Source: Vulcanimicrobiota bacterium (lineage in GTDB: Bacteria; Vulcanimicrobiota; Xenobia; Xenobiales; JADMJV01). Taken from it: a stretch of 64,000 nucleotides of DNA. The stretch is from positions 654,934 through 718,933 of the forward strand of contig JBFWNU010000004.1 of NCBI GenBank assembly GCA_050250895.1, written 5' to 3'. The translations under genes were made by a program, and so were the position numbers. Positions within the stretch are counted from its first letter, which is position 1. Each line of letters opens with the position of its first letter. The notes beneath the pieces were generated by a model. It was not told the origin of the DNA. It worked only from the letters and a program-made list of their open reading frames with translations, and made no database searches. Positions 7,890-17,966 of this stretch are shown here, piece after piece.

Positions 7890-10616
7890 ATGTTCTTTCC
7901 CGAGCTCATCCGACTGGCCGAATCCGAACGCACTCGTCAAAAGTGGGTCTGGCTTCCTTACCCTGAATTGAAATGGAAATTGGGCGAGCGACTGCTGCTG
8001 GCCGGGGTGAACTGGCTCAACCTTCGTTTCGTAACCCCCTTTGAGGTAGCCCTCGAGATGGCCGCCCCCACCCTATTGGCTCAGGGAGTCAATCCCAAGC
8101 CCGAAGAACTCGGGCCCAGCCTGGTCGACAGGCTGCTCGGGCCGGGGCGTTTTCAGCCCCTGATGGCCCAGCCGGGCATGGCCGAGGCCCTCTGGGCAAC
8201 CCTCCAGGAGTTGCGCCGCGAGGGGATTCGTCCCCAACAACAGCCCGAGGGCGAGCTGCGCCAACTACACCAGGCCTATCTCGACTATCTCGAACAGAGC
8301 CGGCTGGCCGACCGCTGGCGCATCTTCGAACTAGCCCAGCAGGACAGCCCGATCGACCCCCATGACCTGGTGCTAGAGTTTCCTCATCCGTGGTCGACCC
8401 TGGAAAGGAACTTCCTCGACCGCCTGGGCGGCCAACGAGTGACCACGACCCAATCTAGGCTTACCCAGTTGCAGATGCCCGGGGCCGCGGTCGATCTCGT
8501 CAGCCTGCCTACCCCTCAACTAGAGAGCGAACGGTTGCTGCAGAACCTCGAGCAAGGCCCTTTTGACCAATCCGAGGTGGTGATTGCCGACCCCGCTCTG
8601 GTGCCCCTGGTGCGCGACCGGTTGGTGGCGCAAGACCTGCCGTTCACCCTCGAGATGGGCTTTAACGTATCCCTGTCGCGACCGGGCCGGGCCCTGGCCG
8701 GCCTGCTTTCATGGGTCGAGCACGATTTCTCGGCCTACGACCTGCGCGAGCTCTTCTCGGCCAACCTGCTCGATTGCCCCCTACCCTCGGGAGTCGCCTG
8801 CTGGCTGCTCGAGTCTTCAGGAGCCACCTGGGGCAAGGCAACCTATCGGGCCAGTCTCGAGGGTCTGGCCTTGCGCTTTCGCGCTCGGGGCGAACGCGAG
8901 CCGGACCGCCTGGCCGAGTGGACGAGCCGGGCCGAGCAGGCTCTGGGACTGATCGGCTGGGTAGAAAACCTGGCCGAGACAATCGACCGGCCCGAGGATT
9001 TCGGTGATTGGGTCACCCGACTGGCCCGGTTGCTCGGGCGAGTGCCCGGCGAGCCCTCCGCCCGGGCACGTCTGCAGCGAGCTCTGGGTGAACTGTCGCG
9101 GCTCGAGTCGGCGCACTGGACCCGCAGCGAGGCCTTGCGTCGAATTCGCCAGTTGCTGGCCCAACTGCGCCACGGCGGCTCGCGTCCGATGGCCGGGCAT
9201 GTCCATGTCACCGACCTCGACCGCTGTGGGCTGGGAGGCCGACCGCGAACCTTCGTGGTGGGTCTGGGTGACGGTGGTTGGCTACCCAGCCCGAGCGAGG
9301 ACCCGGTGCTGCCCGACGACCAGCGTGAGCAACTGGGGATGCCGCTGGCCAGCCAGCGCGCCTCGCAGCGATGGGCCATCTGGCTGGAGCGTCTGGCCGC
9401 CCTGGAAGGACAGGTGGTTCTGAGCCGAAGCCGGCGCGACCTGGCCGGCGACGAGCTACCGCCTTCGCGCCTGTTCAGCGCCGCCGAGCGACTCTATGGC
9501 AAGGCCCGAGAAGAGTCTGGACTGGCCAGTCTGGGCGCCTGGTGGCTGGCCCATCCCCAACAACCAGAGCTAGCCCTGGCTACCTTCGCCAACCTGCGCG
9601 CCGGGGCCGAGGCCGACGAAGCCCGCCAGAGCGAGCGTTTCACCGAATTCGACGGACTGGTGGTGGGGGCAGCCGGACACCTCGACCCCCGCCAGAACGG
9701 ATTGCCCGTCTCGGTAAGTCGCCTGCAGGTCCTGGCCACCTGCCCCTTCCGCTACTTCCTTGAGCAGGGGTTGGGTCTGAGTGCGCTAGAAGCCCGCCGC
9801 CCCCGTCCTGACGAGTGGCTGGATGCGGCCACCCGTGGTACGGTGCTCCATCAGGTGTATGCCGACTACCATCGCCATCTACGCCAGTTGGGACGCAAGC
9901 CCCACCAGGATGACTATAGTCTTTTGCTGGAATATCTGGCCGCCGAACTCGAGGCGACCCGGCTGCGGTTGCCCCCCTTCTCGCCGGCCCTGGAAGAGCG
10001 AGAGCGACGCGCCTTGCGCCAGGATCTCGAGCAGTTCCTCGAACTTGAAATCCTCTACCCCGGCAAGCCGGTGGGGCTCGAGGTGGGCTTCGGCTTGCCC
10101 GACCTCGACGGGGAAGAATTGGCCCGTCTCGAGCCCGTGACCCTCGACCTGGGCGACGGTCTGCGATTAGCTCTGCGCGGGCGCATCGACCGCATCGACG
10201 AGGTCGAGGACGGCTATCGCGTGATCGATTACAAAACGGGACGTTCGCTGGGCGTCTCTCAGGGGGCCATCCTGGACCGCGGCCGCCTGCTGCAACACGC
10301 CCTCTACAGCCTGGTGGTCGAGCAACTGGTGCAAGAGACCGTGGTGGGAAGCCTCTATTACTTTCCTACCACCCGGGCCAAGGACGCCCACCACAGCTTC
10401 GATCCGGTCGAGCCAGAGCGCCTTCGCCGAGTGCTGAGGTTGGTGCTCGAGCCGGTCCTGGCCGGCCACTTCGCCCACAGCCACGAACCCAAAAAAGACT
10501 GCACCTATTGTGACTTCAAGCAGGCCTGCTCGGCTCACGACCAGCAGGCCAACCGGCGCAAACTCGAACAAGACCAGCGCCTGGCCGCCCGCCGGGACCT
10601 GCTGGAGGAACGATGA
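7890..10616 (+). CDS. addB: AddB-like subunit with PD-(D/E)XK nuclease and Fe-S staple
   Basis: TCPFRYF, RGTVLH, LRGRIDRID, VIDYKTG, LQHALY, CTYCDFKQAC. Confidence 0.88.
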   Translation: MFFPELIRLAESERTRQKWVWLPYPELKWKLGERLLLAGVNWLNLRFVTPFEVALEMAAPTLLAQGVNPKPEELGPSLVDRLLGPGRFQPLMAQPGMAEALWATLQELRREGIRPQQQPEGELRQLHQAYLDYLEQSRLADRWRIFELAQQDSPIDPHDLVLEFPHPWSTLERNFLDRLGGQRVTTTQSRLTQLQMPGAAVDLVSLPTPQLESERLLQNLEQGPFDQSEVVIADPALVPLVRDRLVAQDLPFTLEMGFNVSLSRPGRALAGLLSWVEHDFSAYDLRELFSANLLDCPLPSGVACWLLESSGATWGKATYRASLEGLALRFRARGEREPDRLAEWTSRAEQALGLIGWVENLAETIDRPEDFGDWVTRLARLLGRVPGEPSARARLQRALGELSRLESAHWTRSEALRRIRQLLAQLRHGGSRPMAGHVHVTDLDRCGLGGRPRTFVVGLGDGGWLPSPSEDPVLPDDQREQLGMPLASQRASQRWAIWLERLAALEGQVVLSRSRRDLAGDELPPSRLFSAAERLYGKAREESGLASLGAWWLAHPQQPELALATFANLRAGAEADEARQSERFTEFDGLVVGAAGHLDPRQNGLPVSVSRLQVLATCPFRYFLEQGLGLSALEARRPRPDEWLDAATRGTVLHQVYADYHRHLRQLGRKPHQDDYSLLLEYLAAELEATRLRLPPFSPALEERERRALRQDLEQFLELEILYPGKPVGLEVGFGLPDLDGEELARLEPVTLDLGDGLRLALRGRIDRIDEVEDGYRVIDYKTGRSLGVSQGAILDRGRLLQHALYSLVVEQLVQETVVGSLYYFPTTRAKDAHHSFDPVEPERLRRVLRLVLEPVLAGHFAHSHEPKKDCTYCDFKQACSAHDQQANRRKLEQDQRLAARRDLLEER

Positions 10617-13600
10617 ACGACCAATCCCGGCGCGACCAGATCGCAAACGATCTCGACCTCAATCTTCTGGTAGAGGCCTCGGCCGGCACCGGCAAGACCC
10701 ACTGCCTGACCGCCCGGCTGGTGAACGGATTGGTCTGCGGTCGCTACCAAGCCGGCAACACCGCGGCCGTAACCTTCACCCGCAAGGCCGCCGCGGAACT
10801 GCGCTCGCGAGTTCGCCGCGAACTGGAAAAGACCGGGGACCAGGCGGCCCTGGCCCAACTCGACGGGCTCTTCGTGGGCACCATTCACTCGTTCTGCGCT
10901 GGCTTGCTGCGGGCTCACCCGGTCGAGGCGGGGCTCAGTCCCGGCTTTCGCGAGCTCGAAGAATACGAGGATGTCAGCCTGCAACGCGAAGAGTTTCAAC
11001 GCTATCTGGAAGAGGTCCCGGGTCGTGGCTTGCAGGCCGAGCTCGCTCTGGCGGGTGCCCGCCCCGAGCAGTTGCTGGACGGCCTGCACACCGTGTGCGC
11101 CAACGGTGAAGTCGAGTATCCCGTCAGGCCGCGCCCTCGACCGGATTGGGAGGCGAGCTGGTCGGCCACCGAAGAGTTCGCCTGGCAACTGCAGCTACCC
11201 GAATGGCCCGACGACAAGGTCGACGAAAAGTATCTGACCATCGTAGGCCGTCGCTTTCTCAACAAACTTCGGGCCGCCCGCCCGGGGCTGGCCAATCTGT
11301 TGAGGCTGCTCGAGCCGTGGGAGCGCCAACCTCAGGTCTTGCAGCGGTTGTGGGGTGAGAACAAGACCGAGCGACGAGCCCGCTTCGAACCCCAGCTCGA
11401 GCGGGTCAACCGCTTTCGCGAAACTCAGGTGCTGCCGTTTCTGGCGGAGTGGAGGGCCTATCTCTACGCCGTCTGCATGCCCCACCTCCTCGAGGTGCGA
11501 GCGCGACTAGCCGAGAGCCGAAGGCGACTGGCGCTGGTGAACTATCACGACTTGCTGATGCTGACCGCTCGCATGCTTTCCAGCCAACCCGCAGTGCGGC
11601 CACGACTGCGCCACCGCTTTGCCCATCTGCTGGTCGACGAATTCCAGGACACCGACCCCCTCCAGGCCGAGGTTCTGTTCTGGCTGGCTTCAGACGACCA
11701 GAGTGACGATTGGCGCCAATTGCGCCCTCGCCCCGGCTCGTTGTTCATCGTGGGCGACCCAAAGCAATCGATCTATCGATTTCGCCGGGCTGATATCGAG
11801 ACCTATGAGCTGGTCAGTCGAAAGCTACGCGACAGCGGTGGCAAGAAGCTTTCGTTGACCACTTCCTTTCGCTCCGTGCCGGCCATCTGCGAATGGGTCA
11901 ACCAGACCTTCTGCAGTCTACTCACAGGCAACGGGCAGGCCGTCTATTCACCCCTCGAGGCCCATGAGGCGGGCCAGGGTCAGGTGCTCACCCTGTCCGA
12001 GCAGTGCCATCGATTCCAGGATGTGACCAGGCGAGAGTCGCAGCGAGTGGCCGAGCTCATCAGTTCGATGGTCGCGTCGGGGCAACGCGGATATGGCGAC
12101 TTTTTGTTGCTGACCTGGCGTCGCCGGGATTTGCGCAGCTATGCTCGGGCCCTCGAAGAGCTCGGGATCCCCGTCGAGGTAACCGGGTCCCCGGTGCCGA
12201 TCCAGGGTCCGGTGGCTCTGCTTTTCGACTTGTTCGGGGTGTTGGCCGACCCTCGCAACAGCATCGCCGTGGTGGGCCTGCTGCGCGGTTCGTTGTTCGG
12301 GCAAAGCGATGAAGACCTCTACGGGTTTCATCAGGCCGGTGGGCATTTCGTGCTGGGCCACGAGCAGCCCGGGAGGGTCGGCCAGCTGCTGGCGCGGCTA
12401 CAGGCCTGGCGCAACCTGGTCGAGCGCCAGCCTCTGGGAGCCGCCCTCGAGCGGGTGCTGGAAGAATCGGGACTGATCGCCCTGGCCAGCGCCCAGGGAG
12501 CGGCCACCGACCTCATGCAATGGGTGACCCGGTTTGGCGCCGCGGCCGAAAGCGGACGTTCCCTGTCTGAGCTACTGCTCGAGGCCCAGGCGGCCGACCC
12601 CCCCGAGAGCAATCCAGGTCAGGCCCCAACGGCCGCCTCGGTGCGCTTGATGAACCTGCATCAGGCTAAAGGCCTGCAAGCCAGAGTAGTGTTGCTCCTG
12701 GCTCCCACCGGCGGCTTTCCCGTGAGGGTGGCTCATCGGGTCGTCCGCGGGCCCCGAGGCGCGCTGGGCTACCTGCGCCTGGGAAAATATCGCCCCCTGG
12801 CCCAACCGCTGGACTGGCCCAGCCACGAAGCCGAGGAGAAGGTCTTTCTTGAGGCCGAACGCAAGCGTCTGTTGTACGTGGCCGCCACCAGGGCGAAGGA
12901 AGTTCTGGTGGTCTCTCGCTGGGCCGGCGAGAAATACGACGAGCTGCGGCCCTGGCTGCCGCTCAACCCCTACCTGGCCGACTGCGCCGAGATTGCGCGG
13001 CCCACTCAGCTGACAGTTTCGCCTACCCCGGTGCTTGACTCCAGCGGTCTCGCGGCCCTGTCCCGACGCCTCGAGGCCCGGACTCGCCTGGCCGAGCCCG
13101 GCTGGCGACGCAGTTCGGTGACCGGCAGTCTCGATGAAAGTCGCTCTCTGCCTCTTCCCGAGTCCCTATCCCAGGCAGAGCGGCCTGATAGCGGAGCCGC
13201 CTGGGGCAATCTGCTCCACCGTTTGCTCGAGCAGCTGGTGCGACGTCCCGAACTCTCGCGCGCCGAGTTGGGTCGCCTGGCCCACTGGTACTGCTTCGAG
13301 ACCCCCGAACTCGATCCTTATGTTCCGCTGGCCCTGGACACCCTCGACCAACTTCGCCAGACCGACTTCTGGTCACGACTGCTGCGCTCTGGCCGGCGCC
13401 TGACCGAGGTGCCTTTTGGCGTGCGTCTGGAGGAAAGCCCCCCCCGGTTGGTGTTCGGCGTCCTGGACCTGGTTCTCGAAGGAGAAGCGGGCTGGGAAAT
13501 CATCGACTACAAGACCGACCGCCAGCGGCTCGAGGGGCTGCTCGAGCGCTATGCCGATCAAGTTCGCGAGTACGCCCGCCACTGGACCGACCTGGTCGAC

Positions 13601-13705
13601 GAACCGGCCTTCGCCGGGCTCTATGGCCTGCGCGAGCAGCGTTTGAGCGGCGACCTGCGCGGCGGCGCAGGGCCGGCGGGCCCAGTTGAGAAGAACAGCC
13701 CGTGA
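10613..13705 (+). CDS. addA: AddA-like UvrD helicase-nuclease
   Basis: ASAGTGKT, TFTRKAA, GTIHSF, VDEFQDTD, VGDPKQSIYRFR, HQAKGLQ, LLYVAATRA, GVLDL...IIDYKT; ATGA-coupled to addB. Confidence 0.93.
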   Translation: MNDQSRRDQIANDLDLNLLVEASAGTGKTHCLTARLVNGLVCGRYQAGNTAAVTFTRKAAAELRSRVRRELEKTGDQAALAQLDGLFVGTIHSFCAGLLRAHPVEAGLSPGFRELEEYEDVSLQREEFQRYLEEVPGRGLQAELALAGARPEQLLDGLHTVCANGEVEYPVRPRPRPDWEASWSATEEFAWQLQLPEWPDDKVDEKYLTIVGRRFLNKLRAARPGLANLLRLLEPWERQPQVLQRLWGENKTERRARFEPQLERVNRFRETQVLPFLAEWRAYLYAVCMPHLLEVRARLAESRRRLALVNYHDLLMLTARMLSSQPAVRPRLRHRFAHLLVDEFQDTDPLQAEVLFWLASDDQSDDWRQLRPRPGSLFIVGDPKQSIYRFRRADIETYELVSRKLRDSGGKKLSLTTSFRSVPAICEWVNQTFCSLLTGNGQAVYSPLEAHEAGQGQVLTLSEQCHRFQDVTRRESQRVAELISSMVASGQRGYGDFLLLTWRRRDLRSYARALEELGIPVEVTGSPVPIQGPVALLFDLFGVLADPRNSIAVVGLLRGSLFGQSDEDLYGFHQAGGHFVLGHEQPGRVGQLLARLQAWRNLVERQPLGAALERVLEESGLIALASAQGAATDLMQWVTRFGAAAESGRSLSELLLEAQAADPPESNPGQAPTAASVRLMNLHQAKGLQARVVLLLAPTGGFPVRVAHRVVRGPRGALGYLRLGKYRPLAQPLDWPSHEAEEKVFLEAERKRLLYVAATRAKEVLVVSRWAGEKYDELRPWLPLNPYLADCAEIARPTQLTVSPTPVLDSSGLAALSRRLEARTRLAEPGWRRSSVTGSLDESRSLPLPESLSQAERPDSGAAWGNLLHRLLEQLVRRPELSRAELGRLAHWYCFETPELDPYVPLALDTLDQLRQTDFWSRLLRSGRRLTEVPFGVRLEESPPRLVFGVLDLVLEGEAGWEIIDYKTDRQRLEGLLERYADQVREYARHWTDLVDEPAFAGLYGLREQRLSGDLRGGAGPAGPVEKNSP

Positions 13706-15348
13706 GCGACTCCCTGCTGGTGGACGCCCTGGAAGCGGCCGAGACGCTGGCCAGCCCTGTCACAGGATTCCTGCCAACGAAGGCCCCCCTGGTCGACCTG
13801 CCGCCACCCTTCTTAGAACTCTCGGACGCCTGCGCCCAGCTACCCGGGCGCTACCACGGCCAGGACTACGATTGTCGACCCTGGCTAGACCAGCAATTTG
13901 GCCGCGAGCGTCCCGAATGGTTGCATGCCGCCTCCGGGGCCGATGAGCATCTGCGCCATAACCTGATGACCAAAACCAGCCTGCTCTGCCACGCCTACCG
14001 CTGGCAAGGCATGCCCACTCCGCCCGAGAATTATCAGCTGAAGACCATCCGATTGCCGCCTGGGCTAGAGAGCCTGTGGGCTCACCTGGCCGAGCGGATG
14101 ATGGTGCCGCGAGTGGGAATCTTTTATACGATGGTGGCCAACAATTGGCGCCTGTCGGGGGTCGAGCCGGGCCAGGCCTACGACGTCGAACAACTCCGGG
14201 ACGAGGCCATCGATCTGGTTCACAGCTGGCTCAACCCGCCCTTGCATGAAGAGCTGCGCACCTTTGTCTCGACGGCTCTATGCATCGAGGCAAGAGGAGC
14301 CAAGATCCTCAACCACATCCAGCAAGCCTGCCACTGTGTGCTGCGCCAAAATGCCCAGGAGGCAACCTATCACCTGACCTTCCTGGCCGCCACCATTCTG
14401 TCGATCAACTCGATCTTCAATCGGGGGATCAAGAAGGCTCGGATTCATCCCGACCACTTCTTGCGCTTCGTCCAGCCCACCATGATCTGGCTGCTCGATC
14501 ACGGCGACGGTCCTCTCGAAGGAGCCAGTGGTCCCCAAGCCTGTACCTTCCAGTTGCTCGACAGTTTTCTGGGCGTCCCCCGTCAAACCGCTCTGGGCGA
14601 GATGATCGAACAGGCCCGCCGCTACATGCTGCCGGGACACCGAGCCTTGCTGGAGAAGTTCGACCGAACCGGCCCGGTGCTCAGAGAGTTTGTTCAGCAG
14701 AGCGACGCGCCTCGTCTGCTCGAAGCCTACAATCGCTGCCTGAAACTGATGCAGGCCTGGCGTACCAGCCACCAGAAACGCGGCGCCATGTATCTGGAGG
14801 GAGAGGCCCAACACTACGTCTCTACCGGTCTGGTGGTCAAAGACCCGGTCGACCGCGCCGAGCACTTCGAGCGCACCATGGAGGAGCATATCGTGGCCAC
14901 GCGCGGGCAGACCCTCGCGAACCCCTGGGAGGGGCACGAACACGGCCTCGACTATCTCTTTCGTTTTCTCACCCCGTCCCAACGAGAAAAGCTCGCCCTC
15001 AAGACCGAGGTCTTTGCCATGGCCGCGGGCGAAACCATTCTCGCCCAGGGCGACCTCTTTCCGGGCCTATTCAGTCTCAAATCGGGTACAGCCGCGGTAG
15101 TCAAGCGCATCCAGGCTGAAGAGCGAGTGGTCGACCGGCTCCAACCCCATCAGATCTTTGGCGAGATGTCGCTAATCGAGAACCTGCCGGCTTCGGCCAG
15201 CATCGTGGCCGAGGTCGACCTGGAAGTCGTGCAGGTCTCGCTAGAGACCGTCTATGACCTGATCAACGAAAATCGAGAGGCCGAGGGGGACTTCTATCTG
15301 GCCCTGGCCCAGTTGCTCTCGCACCGCCTGCGAAACCGATTCAGTTAG
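13702..15348 (+). CDS. indoleamine 2,3-dioxygenase/PrnB-like heme enzyme fused to a cyclic-nucleotide-binding domain
   Basis: IDO-type motifs TGFLP, GASGPQ...LDSFLGV, RRYMLPGHR, AYNRC...WRTSH; C-terminal cNMP fold (GETILAQG...SG...FGEMSL). Confidence 0.75.
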   Translation: MSDSLLVDALEAAETLASPVTGFLPTKAPLVDLPPPFLELSDACAQLPGRYHGQDYDCRPWLDQQFGRERPEWLHAASGADEHLRHNLMTKTSLLCHAYRWQGMPTPPENYQLKTIRLPPGLESLWAHLAERMMVPRVGIFYTMVANNWRLSGVEPGQAYDVEQLRDEAIDLVHSWLNPPLHEELRTFVSTALCIEARGAKILNHIQQACHCVLRQNAQEATYHLTFLAATILSINSIFNRGIKKARIHPDHFLRFVQPTMIWLLDHGDGPLEGASGPQACTFQLLDSFLGVPRQTALGEMIEQARRYMLPGHRALLEKFDRTGPVLREFVQQSDAPRLLEAYNRCLKLMQAWRTSHQKRGAMYLEGEAQHYVSTGLVVKDPVDRAEHFERTMEEHIVATRGQTLANPWEGHEHGLDYLFRFLTPSQREKLALKTEVFAMAAGETILAQGDLFPGLFSLKSGTAAVVKRIQAEERVVDRLQPHQIFGEMSLIENLPASASIVAEVDLEVVQVSLETVYDLINENREAEGDFYLALAQLLSHRLRNRFS

Positions 15349-16345
15349 CCACTCCAGGCTCGGGACGCTGGCCCAGAGTGCGCAGATAGTGCCTGGCCCC
15401 CCAGCACAGGACCGCGACACCCAACTGCATCAGGATCACGATCACTCGATCGTCGAAATTCCTCGGTCCCCAGACGCCCGCACACTCGGCTGTCGCCAGG
15501 CCCAGCCAGACCAGGGCTAGAAAGGCGTAGTAGGCCTGTAGCAGCAACCTCGCAAGGTCCTTGCCGGTGCCTGCCACCACCGACAACACCAGACCCAGCC
15601 CACAAATCAGGGCAACGCCGAGAGCGAAGTCCCGGTCCCCAGACCCGAACGTATTGCTGATAGCCAGGCCCAACAACAACATCCCGCTGGAAGGAACCAG
15701 AAATCGTCGTAACTTGAAGACGACCGGGCTGACCGCGCCCTGAGGCAAGGCCAGGCTCTGGTCAGGTTGAGCCAGGCCTCTGGCCAGCAGTGCGAACAGC
15801 TCATAAATGGCCCGGAACTGCTTGACGCCGAAAGCCGACGATAAGAACCAGCGCTCGGCCGTGAGTTTTCCGTCCTTCAGCTCGGCACCCGGCAGACGCG
15901 GCATGGCATACAGCAGCGCCGTACGGCCTTCGCCGGCGAAGAACTCTAGCACCTCGGACCGACTCTCGCCCTTTACCCAGAAGGCCTGGTCCATCTCGGC
16001 ATCGCCCAGCACCAGGTCGTCGCGCCGGCCGGCCTTCTGCAGCCCGGTGAGCACACCTTCGTTGCGAAGATGCAGGCTCCGTGGACAGTTGGGCCCCAGG
16101 TCAAGGCTGGCTTTGAACTCATACCAGCTCCCTTTCTGCTGCCTGACGTGACGCAACCCGACCGAGAACACAAGCCCTTCGAGCCTGCCCTGAGCGCGGC
16201 TGTCGTCCACCATCGTCAAGCCCACCTGACTGGCGAACTGCTCGAGTGCTCGCAACCGTCCTGCATAGAAGGCTCCCCCTGCCTGAACGAAGTTCAGGAT
16301 CAGCAGCCCGACCAGGGCGCCGAGAAAGAGCAAAAGGGGGTCCAT
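15341..16345 (-). CDS. hypothetical membrane protein
   Basis: N-terminal TM segment, soluble middle (GDAEMDQAFWVKG), about four C-terminal TM segments. Confidence 0.75.
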   Translation of the reverse strand: MDPLLLFLGALVGLLILNFVQAGGAFYAGRLRALEQFASQVGLTMVDDSRAQGRLEGLVFSVGLRHVRQQKGSWYEFKASLDLGPNCPRSLHLRNEGVLTGLQKAGRRDDLVLGDAEMDQAFWVKGESRSEVLEFFAGEGRTALLYAMPRLPGAELKDGKLTAERWFLSSAFGVKQFRAIYELFALLARGLAQPDQSLALPQGAVSPVVFKLRRFLVPSSGMLLLGLAISNTFGSGDRDFALGVALICGLGLVLSVVAGTGKDLARLLLQAYYAFLALVWLGLATAECAGVWGPRNFDDRVIVILMQLGVAVLCWGARHYLRTLGQRPEPGVAN

Positions 16346-16448
16346 TTGTCAGCTTTCCCGGCGGCCGGCCGCCAGGCCTGCCCGGCTCTGGTCAGGACGC
16401 AGGTGATCCGTCCTGAAGAGCGAACATCAATGGAACAGGAGGGTATCT

Positions 16449-16823
16449 ATGGATAGCATCGGTAGTAGCAGTTCCCGAGGGGCAGGACCCTCCACCTCTG
16501 TCTCGACAAGTCGCGACGCGGGTGCCCCCGCTGGGGCCACCCCGGCGGCCACTCCTGGTTCACCCCCTGGCGAAGTGGACAGCGCCAAGATCTCCTCGAG
16601 CGTTACCAGCAGCGAAGCAGGGGCCTCCACCAGCCTGATGTCAGGTCTCCTGTCGTGGGCCGACTCTTCGACCGACAAAGCCGGCGAAGCGAAGGCCACT
16701 GGCTCGACCACGCCAAGCACGGCTGGTCGAAGGGCCGAGATGCTCAAAGAACTCCAAGAGTTCACCAAGAAGGCCATCGAAGAGATGCCCGCCGACGACA
16801 GTCCGTATCGCAGCCGAAACTAA
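16449..16823 (+). CDS. Ser/Thr/Ala-rich, probably disordered protein
   Basis: SD AGGAGG upstream; D-x-x-x-I-S motif; followed by a terminator. Confidence 0.7.
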   Translation: MDSIGSSSSRGAGPSTSVSTSRDAGAPAGATPAATPGSPPGEVDSAKISSSVTSSEAGASTSLMSGLLSWADSSTDKAGEAKATGSTTPSTAGRRAEMLKELQEFTKKAIEEMPADDSPYRSRN

Positions 16824-16841
16824 GGTTCTGGCCGAACGCAG

Positions 16842-16872
16842 AAAGCCAACCCCTGACAGGGTTGGCTTTTTT
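16842..16872 (+). terminator. intrinsic terminator
   Basis: AAAGCCAACCC-loop-GGGTTGGCTTT followed by a T run. Confidence 0.85.
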
Positions 16873-16896
16873 GTATCCGTCGTCGCCCTCCTGGTC

Positions 16897-17340
16897 ATGC
16901 TCGTCCTGGCGTCCGGCCTCGGGTTCTGGCGGAATCGCCAGCCAGAGCCTGACCTGAGCATCAGCGGCGTCAAGCCAGGCATGACCGAGCCCGAGGTCGA
17001 GGCGCTGTTGGACGGGGCGGTACTAAAGCGCGAAACCGCCACCGATGGCATACGAATGCTGAGCTTCCAGGATCCGACCGGACAACCCGTCTGCATCGAT
17101 CTTGACCAGGATGGCCGCGTCAAGCAGGTCTTTGGCCGCCTATGTCTCGAGGGGCGGACGGCCGCTAGCGACCGACTCGATCTCGCTGAGGTCATCCAGC
17201 ACCTTGAACCCAAGCTCGGTCCACCCGACCGACGGATTGGGAACGGCCCCCAGTTCGTAGTCTACTACCCACGGTATGACTTGCTTCTGGCCCAAGATAG
17301 CGCGAACTGGATTGCGCGTCTAGGGGGTGACGAGCCCTAG
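16897..17340 (+). CDS. exported SmpA/BamE-like domain protein, paralog 1 (5' end possibly truncated)
   Basis: ISGVKPGMTEPEVEALL...LGPPD; 70 nt identical to paralog 2. Confidence 0.65.
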   Translation: MLVLASGLGFWRNRQPEPDLSISGVKPGMTEPEVEALLDGAVLKRETATDGIRMLSFQDPTGQPVCIDLDQDGRVKQVFGRLCLEGRTAASDRLDLAEVIQHLEPKLGPPDRRIGNGPQFVVYYPRYDLLLAQDSANWIARLGGDEP

Positions 17341-17371
17341 AGGGGATGGTGACGGACGGCCTGTCGCTCGT

Positions 17372-17385
17372 CTTCCAGCTGGAAG
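17372..17385. repeat. dispersed palindrome CTTCCAGCTGGAAG
   Basis: Same 14-mer as the core of both tandem arrays. Confidence 0.8.
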
Positions 17386-17421
17386 TTCCGGCCAGGCAGA
17401 GCCCTGTGCTATAGTCAACCT

Positions 17422-17928
17422 GTGACCCGCCGCATCCACCCTATCGTCGCCCTGCTCGCCGTGCTCGTCCTGGCGTCCCGCCTCGGGTTCTGGCTGAATC
17501 GCCATCCAGAGCCTGACCTGAGCATCAGCGGCGTCAAGCCAGGCATGACCGAGCCCGAGGTCGAGGCGCTGTTGGGCGAGAGGGTGTCCGAGGAGCAGTT
17601 GCCGGACGACGCTCGGCTGTGTGCCTTTCAGGACAACACCGGTGGCTTGCTGGGGGTCTACTTTGATCAACGGGGCCTGGTCACGGGTGCCTTCGGACGG
17701 CTTTGTGTGGACGGCCAAACCGTGAAAGCGACTGGCGAGGACCTCAGACTCATAGCCAGGCAGCTTGAGCCCCGTCTCGGCCCACCCGACGGTCAGCGGG
17801 GTGGTTCTGAACTGTTCGCGATTCGATACACCCGCTATCGCCTGCTTCTGGCGCAGAACACCGTCGACTGGAGCGCCTGCCTCGGTTGTGACGATGACGG
17901 CTACGAATACGAGCCGTTCCAATGGTAG
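17422..17928 (+). CDS. exported SmpA/BamE-like domain protein, paralog 2
   Basis: Leaderless TGCTATAGT-N6-GTG; N-terminal TM segment; GMTEPEVEALLG. Confidence 0.75.
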   Translation: MTRRIHPIVALLAVLVLASRLGFWLNRHPEPDLSISGVKPGMTEPEVEALLGERVSEEQLPDDARLCAFQDNTGGLLGVYFDQRGLVTGAFGRLCVDGQTVKATGEDLRLIARQLEPRLGPPDGQRGGSELFAIRYTRYRLLLAQNTVDWSACLGCDDDGYEYEPFQW

Positions 17929-17966
17929 CTCTTTACAATCGCGCCTATCGCAACCAATATTACAAC

